Positions 56,894 to 64,000 of a DNA stretch of 64,000 bases are shown here, one piece after another; position 1 is the first letter of the stretch, and every line of letters starts with the position of its first letter. The position numbers were made by a program, and so were the translations under genes. The notes beneath the pieces are model-generated. The model was not told the origin of the DNA, searched no databases, and saw only the letters and a list, made by a program, of their open reading frames with translations. This DNA is from an uncultured Flavobacteriales bacterium (lineage in GTDB: Bacteria; Bacteroidota; Bacteroidia; Flavobacteriales_D; CAJJDF01), in NCBI GenBank assembly GCA_905182785.1, contig CAJJDF010000024.1, positions 3,954-67,953 of the forward strand, in the 5' to 3' direction.

Positions 56894-58110
56894 TTCCCTC
56901 TAAATTCTTTTGGGTAACAAACGAAATACTTTTTCACTGGTTCTGTCAATGATTGAATGTTAAAATTATCGGAAGCGTCAGTAATATTTAGAATGTCCCC
57001 ATTTTTATATTTAATGTTAATTACGTCTTCTTTTGCATTGTATGCATTGTTTGTAATTGCACTGTCAAATACAATATAGTTCACTTCTTCGTCTGAAATG
57101 GAGTAGGTTTCTTTTACTAACTTTGTCAATCCATTTATTCTAGTCTCTTCAAAAGGTTCTTTTTGAATAATAATTTTTGGTAAATCTCTATTTATTAAAG
57201 CATTTGAAATTTTGGATAAAGTAAAATCTTCGTGCTTTGCCCAAGTTTTGATTGCACTGTATAAATCTGTATCGTCCAACTGTGTGAAAGCTTCTAGCAC
57301 TTCGTTTGTGTCAAAGTCGGCTTTTGAATAATTGTTGTAAAGAAACTTTTTTAGAACAGGGCTTGCGTGCAATTCCACTCCATTTTCTGCTAAATATTTG
57401 GCTCTTTTAAGAATACGAACCAATAAATTTTCTGCTGCTAAAACCGTTTTATGCAAATAAACTTGCCAATACATAAGTCGCCTAGCTACAATGAATTTCT
57501 CTATGGAATAAATTCCTTTTTCTTCAATTACCAATTCATCATTGTGCACATTAAGCATATTAATTATTCTATCGCTACTTACAACACCTTCTGATACGCC
57601 ACTGTAAAAACTATCTCTTTTTAGATAGTCTAATCTATCCATATCTAATTGAGATGAAACCAACTGATGAAGGAATTTTTTCTTGTAATTATTTCTGAAA
57701 ATTTCAATTGATAAATCTAACTTTCCTTCAAACTCTTCGTTCAATTTATTCATCAAAAGAATAGAAATATCTTCGTGACTCACTCCTTTCACCAAAGTAT
57801 GTTCTAAAGCATGAGAAAAAGGTCCGTGACCTATATCGTGTAATAAAATTGCTATTAAGGCCCCCAATTCCTCTTCTTCAGAAATCTCTATCTCTTTTAA
57901 TTTTAATACATCAATTGCATTTTGCATCAAATGCATGGCTCCAATTGCGTGATGAAATCGTGTGTGATGTGCTCCAGGGTATACTAAATAAGATAAACCC
58001 AATTGTTTTATTCTATTTAATCTTTGAAAATATGGGTGATCAATTAAATTAAGAATAATAGGGTAACGAATTGTAATAAAACCGTAAATTGGGTCGTTAA
58101 GTATTTTCAT
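56887..58110 (-). CDS. HD-domain phosphohydrolase (dNTPase-like, COG1078 type)
   Basis: 407 aa. ILNDPIYGFITI opening, HTRFHHAIG and LLHDIGHGPFSH HD motifs, DMDRLDYLKRD. Confidence 0.8.
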   Translation of the reverse strand: MKILNDPIYGFITIRYPIILNLIDHPYFQRLNRIKQLGLSYLVYPGAHHTRFHHAIGAMHLMQNAIDVLKLKEIEISEEEELGALIAILLHDIGHGPFSHALEHTLVKGVSHEDISILLMNKLNEEFEGKLDLSIEIFRNNYKKKFLHQLVSSQLDMDRLDYLKRDSFYSGVSEGVVSSDRIINMLNVHNDELVIEEKGIYSIEKFIVARRLMYWQVYLHKTVLAAENLLVRILKRAKYLAENGVELHASPVLKKFLYNNYSKADFDTNEVLEAFTQLDDTDLYSAIKTWAKHEDFTLSKISNALINRDLPKIIIQKEPFEETRINGLTKLVKETYSISDEEVNYIVFDSAITNNAYNAKEDVINIKYKNGDILNITDASDNFNIQSLTEPVKKYFVCYPKEFRGKW

Positions 58111-58164
58111 AGTAAGTAATAAATCGGAATATCCGATATTTACACAAAAATAACAATATTAAAC

Positions 58165-58200
58165 CACTTAAAATTAGATTCACCAAGTGAATCTTAAGTG
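58165..58200. promoter_or_regulatory. interrupted 14-bp inverted repeat just upstream of porX
   Basis: cactta (58165..58170) plus agattcac (58176..58183) pair with gtgaatct (58187..58194) plus taagtg (58195..58200). It ends 28 nt before the porX ATG. AAGTGA occurs three times (58185, 58196, 58205). Confidence 0.3.
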
Positions 58201-58227
58201 AAAAAAGTGATTTATTAATCAAAAAAT

Positions 58228-59778
58228 ATGGCAGTAAAAATTTTATGGGCAGATGACGAAATCGATTTACTTAAGCCTCACATCATGTTTTTGGAACAAA
58301 AAGAATTTGAGGTAGATACTATAAACAATGGCTCTGAAGCCATAGAAATGGTTGAAAAAAACAACTACGACCTTGTTTTTTTAGATGAAAATATGCCAGG
58401 AATTTCAGGATTAGAGGCTTTGAGTGAAATAAAAAGATTGAGACCCTCCTTACCTGTAATTATGATTACCAAAAGTGAGGAAGAAGCAATTATGGAAAGT
58501 GCTATTGGAAAAGACATCTCTGATTATTTGATAAAACCCGTAAATCCAAATCAGATTTTACTTTCAATAAAGAAAAATATAGACCAAAGCAGACTGGTGA
58601 GTGAAGAGACTACTTCTAGCTACCAACAAGAGTTTCGTAACATTGCAATGCGATTAATGGACAGGCTTGATATTGAGGATTGGAAAGAAATGAATGATCA
58701 CCTAGCTTTTTGGGAACTGAAAATGGATAAATCGAAAGACAAAAGTATGTCTGAAATTTTTGAAATGCAGAAAAAAGAAGCCAATCAACAATTTTCTAAG
58801 TTTATTGAGGACAATTATTTGTCTTGGTTAAATGGAACTTCGGATGAAACTCCAATTCTTTCCCATACTTTGTTTAAGCAAAAAATTGCTCCATTCATCA
58901 AGGATAAAAAGACATTTTTGATTGTTATAGACAATTTTAGATACGATCAATGGAAAGTTCTTGAGCCGTTATTTGGCGAATACTTTGATGTGGAAGAAGA
59001 GGACACCTACTTTAGTATTTTACCAACTGCAACTCAGTATGCTAGAAATTCAATTTTTGCTGGACTTATGCCTTCAGAAATTAGAAAAAAATTCCCGTCA
59101 AAATGGGTAGAAGAAGATGAAGAAGGAAGTAAAAATAACTTTGAGGAGGATTTTCTGCTTGATCAGATGAAAAGGCTTGGAATTAGCTTAAAAACATCCT
59201 ACAACAAGATTACAACTAATGCAAAAGGAAAGAAACTGGTAGATAGCTTTTCTGATTTACTTCAAAATGACTTCAATGTAATTGTTTACAATTTTGTAGA
59301 TATGCTTTCTCATGCCAGAACAGATATGGAAGTAATAAAAGAATTGGCAGATGATGATTCTGCTTATCGTTCAATTACCGAATCTTGGTTTAAGCATTCT
59401 CCCCTTCTAGAGATAATTAAAAAAATTCAAGAAAGTGGTCACAACATTGTGCTTACTACCGATCATGGGATGGTAAAAGTTACTTCTCCTATAAAAGTTA
59501 TTGGAGACAGAAGTGTAAATACTAACTTGAGATATAAACTTGGCAAAAACCTAAGTTACAAAAGCAAAGATGTTTTTGAGATTAAAAATCCTGATGATGC
59601 CTTTTTACCAAAAATTAATCAAAACACTCGATATATTTTTGCTAAAGACGATACATTCATTGCTTACCCTAATAATTATAATTACTACGTAAATTTTTAC
59701 AAAGATACTTTTCAGCACGGAGGTATTTCGTTGGAAGAAGTGATCATTCCTATTATAAGATTGAAAGCAAAAAAATAG
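58228..59778 (+). CDS. porX: PorX-type response regulator (CheY-like receiver fused to a PglZ/alkaline-phosphatase-superfamily domain)
   Basis: 516 aa. Receiver domain (ILWADDE..., DLVFLDENMPGISG, LIKP) followed by a PglZ-like domain (DNFRYDQW...TDHGM). The size and architecture match the T9SS regulator PorX. Confidence 0.8.
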   Translation: MAVKILWADDEIDLLKPHIMFLEQKEFEVDTINNGSEAIEMVEKNNYDLVFLDENMPGISGLEALSEIKRLRPSLPVIMITKSEEEAIMESAIGKDISDYLIKPVNPNQILLSIKKNIDQSRLVSEETTSSYQQEFRNIAMRLMDRLDIEDWKEMNDHLAFWELKMDKSKDKSMSEIFEMQKKEANQQFSKFIEDNYLSWLNGTSDETPILSHTLFKQKIAPFIKDKKTFLIVIDNFRYDQWKVLEPLFGEYFDVEEEDTYFSILPTATQYARNSIFAGLMPSEIRKKFPSKWVEEDEEGSKNNFEEDFLLDQMKRLGISLKTSYNKITTNAKGKKLVDSFSDLLQNDFNVIVYNFVDMLSHARTDMEVIKELADDDSAYRSITESWFKHSPLLEIIKKIQESGHNIVLTTDHGMVKVTSPIKVIGDRSVNTNLRYKLGKNLSYKSKDVFEIKNPDDAFLPKINQNTRYIFAKDDTFIAYPNNYNYYVNFYKDTFQHGGISLEEVIIPIIRLKAKK

Positions 59779-59825
59779 CCTTCCTGTAATAAGTTCCTTT
59801 TTGCTTAGTTCAAATGGATTGAATT

Positions 59826-59866
59826 AAAAAACCTCCAAGAGTTAAATCTCTTGGAGGTTTTTCTTT
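59826..59866 (+). terminator. rho-independent terminator of porX
   Basis: 11-bp stem acctccaagag (59831..59841) pairs with ctcttggaggt (59848..59858), followed by TTTTCTTT. Confidence 0.65.
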
Positions 59867-59886
59867 GTTGAGACAATAAAAAAGCC

Positions 59887-59922
59887 AAAAAAAAGCCTGA
59901 TGGAATGTCCATCAGGCTTTTT
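59887..59922 (-). terminator. rho-independent terminator of the 59940.. minus-strand giant gene
   Basis: 11-bp stem agcctgatgga (59894..59904) pairs with tccatcaggct (59908..59918). On the minus strand it is followed by a 7-nt U-run, 22 nt after the stop. Confidence 0.65.
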
Positions 59923-59939
59923 GAATTTATATACTCTTC

Positions 59940-62900
59940 TTATTTGTTTAGTATGATTCTGTGTTGTTCTTGTCTTCCTTCACCTTGTAGGATTAGGATA
60001 TAGACTCCAGAATTAAGTTTTGTTAAATCTACTTGTTTTCTACCGTTGTGGTTGAAATAATAAGCTTCATCATACACCACTCTCCCTTGTATATCTATCA
60101 CTTTCACACTTGATTTGTTTGCACTTCCTTCGTTAAGGATAGTAAACTGACCATTGTTTGGATTAGGGAAAATTCTAAAGTTTGCAACTTCATCAATTTC
60201 ATCAATTCCAGCAAAAACAGTGTCTCTAATACTAAAGTTATCGATAAACCAATCGTTATCTTCATTAGAAACAGAAGATGCAGCATAGAATCCAAACTTA
60301 ACTACTCCTGTTTGGTTTCTTAACGTGTAAACGATATGATCTCCTGTACTTGAAGGTGCATTTCCAGTATCAAACAATTGAAGAATATCAGTAGTACTCC
60401 AAGTTAATCCATCATTGTATGAAACAACTAAAGCAACTGAATCATCTACACCTACAACACCTGCTGTTGAATTATTCCAATCAGTAAGTGCAATGTCAAA
60501 TTCTATAATGTGATATCCACTTGGGTTTGTTCCTAAATTAATAGAAGGAGAAACCAACCATTCGTATCTGTTAGTTGAATATAAGTTCATTCTAGCAGCT
60601 CCTGTAGTTCCAACATTTCCAAATCCATCAGGACCCCAATTTGAAGTTCCATATGCAATAGTAGAATTTGTTCCTAATACTCCTTTTGCTTCTTGCCAAC
60701 AGATTGGTAAATCAGTGTTCGTATAGTTAGCGAAGTTTTGAAAATAAGGTGTTCCTGTAGAAGAAGGACATCCTGTTTCTCCACAAAATGGTCCAGCCCA
60801 TGCACTCGTATCTCCATTTGTACAAACTGCTTTTATCCAGAAACAATATTCTGTAAGTGGATTAAGCCCAGTTACTGAAACAAAGTTAAATGCAGAAGTA
60901 GTAGTATTTCCTCCAGTTGGATTAGTAACTGGATCATATCCTGCAGGTCCGTAGTTAATAATAAAACTAGTTTGAGTAGTATCAACATTCCAACCTAAAT
61001 TCAATTTATTTGAATCTACTCCACTATTTAATATAGTAGGGAATGGTGCTTTTTCACAAGAAGGAATAACTTCAAAACAGAAATCATCAATTGTCAAACT
61101 TCTGTATGTAGAAGTTGCAACATACTGAAATGCAATTCTTGTGTCTGTTCCAGTATATGAAGCAAATGAAACTTTAAAGAATTGGTAAGAACTCGATATA
61201 GTCTTAATTGTATCAATAGGATTAAATGTTCCAGGATTTGTTGGGTCACTCATTGTTCCTAAAATAAGAACCGTATCTGTAGTAAATGATCCATCTACCC
61301 AGAATGAAGCTCTGTGAGTTCCTGCACCTACGGCTGTCATTTCAGGTGAGATTAAGAACATAGTTGCTCCTCCATCACTTCCTGAATTCATTTGAACTGC
61401 ACTTGGTGCTGCACTTCCTCCAAAAGTATTAATTCCTACAGTAGATGATCCAGTTGTTATAATGAATTTCTCCCAACAGATAGGTAATTCTCCTGCTGAA
61501 TATCCTTCAAAGTCTTCACATAAATCGAATACTGGTGCACAATCTGTACAGAATCTCATTGGTCCAATCCATAAACTAGAATCTCCAACTGTACAAATAC
61601 TTCTCATGTAAACATCATAACAGGTACTTGCTGTCAATCCTGTAATAACACCAGGACTTGTTGCAGAACTAACTGTTGTTCCTGATCCTTGAGTAAATCC
61701 AGGTGTTCCGTATTCCAAAATCCATGAACTATCTGCCGCTCCATTTGTCCAGCTAATGTTAGCTGTTGTTTGTGTTGCGCTATCAAATGTTAATCCTAAT
61801 GGTCTTGGACATGTTGGCACTTGAACAACTGCAAAGTTGTCAATGTGTGCATCATTGTCTTCGTTAGAAACAGAAGACTCTGCATACAATCCAAATCTTA
61901 CTTGACCTGTATATCCTCCTGCAGTTAAGTTATAGTAAAAATAATCTCCTGTATGAGATGGCATATTAGCAGTATCCCATTGTGCAAGGATATTTGTATC
62001 AGACCAAGTGTTTCCATTATCAGTAGAAATAACTAGAACTAATTTATCATCTGGTCCCATTAATCCTCCTGCTGCACTTGGTGGAGTTGGATTAATCCAA
62101 TCTGTAATTGCAACATCAAATTCTACTTGGTAAGGGGTTGTTCCTGCTCCTAAATCAATTGATGGTGAGATTAACCATTCGTTTCTTCCTGTTCCATAAA
62201 TATTCATTGCTGCAGCAGGATTTCCTAATCCGTTATTTGCAAATGAAGTTTTATTACTCCAGTTAGAAGTCCCTATAGTTAAAGCTGAATTAACAGTTAA
62301 AATTCCTGTAGCTTCTTCCCAACAAGCTGGATTAGATGCAAATGAATAAGTAGAAAAATCTTCTAAGTAAGGTGGAGTAAAAGAAGCACATGGTGTTGTG
62401 AAAGTATAAGGACCCTCCCATAAACTTGTATCTCCAACAGTACAAATACTTCTTACATAAACTTCATATGTTGTGACAGGAGTTAAGCCTCCTATTGAAG
62501 TAGAATCATTGTTATCAATAATTGATGTTCCTGTTCCTAAAGTAAATCCAGGGGAACCGTATTGAATTTCCCAAATACTATCTGCTGATCCATTTGTCCA
62601 ATTTAAAGCTACAGAGTCAGAAAATAAAGCGTGTCTACCTATAAGTGATGGTCTAGGGCAAGTTGGCGCAAGATTAACTAAAATGTCATCCAGGGCAACA
62701 TCAGCAGTAAAACTTGATCCTCTAATAGAAACAAACTTAATCATTATAGTATCTCCGATATAACTTGATAATGAAACAATAGCTTCTCTCCATGCATTCC
62801 CTTGATCTCCAAATAGTCCCCAAGCACTACTACTCCATGTTGTACCATTGTCATTAGAAATAAATACATTTAATGAATCCATTGTTGCACCATACATATG

Positions 62901-64000
62901 GTAATAAAAAGACAACTGAGGATTTGTAATGGCAGAAATATCTAAAGAAGGACTATATAAAGTAGATTTACCTCCTGCTAAACAAGCCCCAGAAGTTTCA
63001 ATATAAACATAGTTTCCTGATCCAGAAGTATGGTCAAAAGATGGTCCTGTGCTACCTGAAGTTGTTGCTGAAGATCTTACTTGCCAAAAATTACTAGAAG
63101 TAACTTCATTTGACCAACAATCATTAATGTCATCTACGGCATAGCAAGTACTCCCTGGCGATAAAGTCATCAAATCAAAATTCTGAGAGTAAGGAGCTCC
63201 AATAGTCACACAAGCAGTTGCAAAAGCAACTGGACCAAAATAACCTGAAGTATCTCCAAGAGAACAAATCCCCCTAACGTAGGCTTCATAATTAGTGTTT
63301 GAAGCTAACCCTGATATAGTTGTGCTGTCGTTTGATACTTGTTGGGTCAAACCTGTACCCGGAATAAATCCTGGAGAACCATATTCAAAAACCCAACCAG
63401 TATCAGCAGCCCCTGAAATATAGCCTAAATCAGTTGTTGTAGCAGCAATATTATATGCTGAAAAGCTAGACCCTAAGGGACATGTTGGTAAAGTTTTGAA
63501 TGCAATTGGCCCGAAATAAGTAGAAGTATCACTAGAAGAACAAATTCCTCTAACATATGCTTCATAATTAGTGTTTTGAGTTAACCCCAATAAAGTTGTA
63601 CTGTCGTTTGAGACTTGTTGAGTTAAACCTGTACCTGGAGTAAATCCTGGAACACCATATTCAAAAATCCAACCTGTATCAGAAAATCCTGAAATATATC
63701 CTAGATCAGTTGTTGTTGTTGCAATATTATATGCTGACAAACTAGACCCTAAGGGACATGTTGGCGGGATGTATTCATCCGCTCCAATATCATAACCTGT
63801 AGAAGGTAAGATAGGTCTGACGTCACCATCAAAATCAACCATTACTCCTACATTTGCTCCAGCATCTGCTGCCAAAGGACCTTGCAGATGTAAATCTATT
63901 GGTGATACAAATCCTGTTAATCCCGACAAACTATTTAAATCTAATGTTGTTGCTGTCTGCCAACTTGCAAGTGTTGTATGGTAAGTTCCATTTTCACTAA
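59940..64000 (-). CDS. very large T9SS cargo protein (N-terminus outside the window): FN3-like repeats, one MAM domain, several cleaved-adhesin / choice-of-anchor-J-like domains, CTD
   Basis: The reading frame stays open from the track's TTG (63929) to the window edge (...SENGTYHTTLASWQTATTLDLNSLSGLTG...), so the gene is 5'-truncated by the window. Repeated CP(L/R)..S......T...L.W..G..D..W..EYG.PGF..G.G units. MAM (GPSFDHTSGSGNYVYIETS...FYYHMYGATMDSLNV...ADVALDDILV). RNEWL(I/V)SPSI(D/N)LG-containing domains occur twice. C-terminal IFPNPNNGQFTIL...GVYILIL is the CTD. Confidence 0.85.
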   Translation of the reverse strand, partial: SENGTYHTTLASWQTATTLDLNSLSGLTGFVSPIDLHLQGPLAADAGANVGVMVDFDGDVRPILPSTGYDIGADEYIPPTCPLGSSLSAYNIATTTTDLGYISGFSDTGWIFEYGVPGFTPGTGLTQQVSNDSTTLLGLTQNTNYEAYVRGICSSSDTSTYFGPIAFKTLPTCPLGSSFSAYNIAATTTDLGYISGAADTGWVFEYGSPGFIPGTGLTQQVSNDSTTISGLASNTNYEAYVRGICSLGDTSGYFGPVAFATACVTIGAPYSQNFDLMTLSPGSTCYAVDDINDCWSNEVTSSNFWQVRSSATTSGSTGPSFDHTSGSGNYVYIETSGACLAGGKSTLYSPSLDISAITNPQLSFYYHMYGATMDSLNVFISNDNGTTWSSSAWGLFGDQGNAWREAIVSLSSYIGDTIMIKFVSIRGSSFTADVALDDILVNLAPTCPRPSLIGRHALFSDSVALNWTNGSADSIWEIQYGSPGFTLGTGTSIIDNNDSTSIGGLTPVTTYEVYVRSICTVGDTSLWEGPYTFTTPCASFTPPYLEDFSTYSFASNPACWEEATGILTVNSALTIGTSNWSNKTSFANNGLGNPAAAMNIYGTGRNEWLISPSIDLGAGTTPYQVEFDVAITDWINPTPPSAAGGLMGPDDKLVLVISTDNGNTWSDTNILAQWDTANMPSHTGDYFYYNLTAGGYTGQVRFGLYAESSVSNEDNDAHIDNFAVVQVPTCPRPLGLTFDSATQTTANISWTNGAADSSWILEYGTPGFTQGSGTTVSSATSPGVITGLTASTCYDVYMRSICTVGDSSLWIGPMRFCTDCAPVFDLCEDFEGYSAGELPICWEKFIITTGSSTVGINTFGGSAAPSAVQMNSGSDGGATMFLISPEMTAVGAGTHRASFWVDGSFTTDTVLILGTMSDPTNPGTFNPIDTIKTISSSYQFFKVSFASYTGTDTRIAFQYVATSTYRSLTIDDFCFEVIPSCEKAPFPTILNSGVDSNKLNLGWNVDTTQTSFIINYGPAGYDPVTNPTGGNTTTSAFNFVSVTGLNPLTEYCFWIKAVCTNGDTSAWAGPFCGETGCPSSTGTPYFQNFANYTNTDLPICWQEAKGVLGTNSTIAYGTSNWGPDGFGNVGTTGAARMNLYSTNRYEWLVSPSINLGTNPSGYHIIEFDIALTDWNNSTAGVVGVDDSVALVVSYNDGLTWSTTDILQLFDTGNAPSSTGDHIVYTLRNQTGVVKFGFYAASSVSNEDNDWFIDNFSIRDTVFAGIDEIDEVANFRIFPNPNNGQFTILNEGSANKSSVKVIDIQGRVVYDEAYYFNHNGRKQVDLTKLNSGVYILILQGEGRQEQHRIILNK
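63215..63766 (-). repeat. tandem duplication, 2 x 276 bp (92 aa FN3-like unit), inside the giant gene
   Basis: The string aagggacatgttgg recurs at 63475 and 63751, an exact 276-bp period. The two encoded units (CPLGSS(L/F)SAYNIA...YEAYVRGICS...) are about 85% identical at the protein level by eye. Confidence 0.85.

Noticed and set aside
63927-63929. TTG proposed as the start of the 59940.. minus-strand gene
   Set aside because: The frame upstream of it has no stop up to base 64000, and the upstream residues continue the same repeat-rich protein. The gene is truncated by the window.
1-64000. Search of all intergenic spacers longer than 70 bp for tRNA, rRNA, tmRNA, RNase P or SRP RNA, and for CRISPR repeats
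   Set aside because: None of the spacers shows cloverleaf-compatible GC-rich stems, conserved RNA motifs I know, or short direct repeats with unique spacers. The longest spacers (18200..18436, 45118..45382, 45671..45988) are simply AT-rich.

Overview
This is an AT-rich chromosomal segment, roughly one third G+C by eye. It comes from a Bacteroidota bacterium, probably Flavobacteriia. The lineage call is an inference from many T9SS C-terminal sorting domains, gldH, porX, a conserved PBP1A-gldH-PSP1-holB block and lipid A genes. I support about 40 protein genes. I recognised no rRNA, tRNA, CRISPR array, transposase or integrase. Housekeeping content includes era, ung, mnmE, sucD, greA, gatB, holB, PBP1A, scoA/scoB, lpxH/lpxK, a purine nucleoside phosphorylase, a deoxynucleoside kinase and two TlpA-like thioredoxins. 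About 43% of the window (about 27.6 kb) encodes seven very large secreted multidomain T9SS cargo proteins: an M4 protease, an S8-like peptidase, a 2832-aa Ig-repeat giant, a 1386-aa protein, a beta-propeller-like protein, a vWA-PKD protein and a partly visible MAM/FN3-like giant. Two loci deserve the most attention. (1) A decayed second copy of the mnmE 3' region at 19821..~20000 forms a direct repeat with the intact mnmE. Together they bracket a 12.9-kb module holding only the S8-like peptidase and the 2832-aa giant. (2) A tight three-gene operon at 36195..45117 encodes a TonB-dependent-receptor-like barrel, an uncharacterised CTD-bearing 1386-aa protein and a PorV/PorQ-like barrel. All family assignments are motif recognition by eye and from memory. 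No database search was run.
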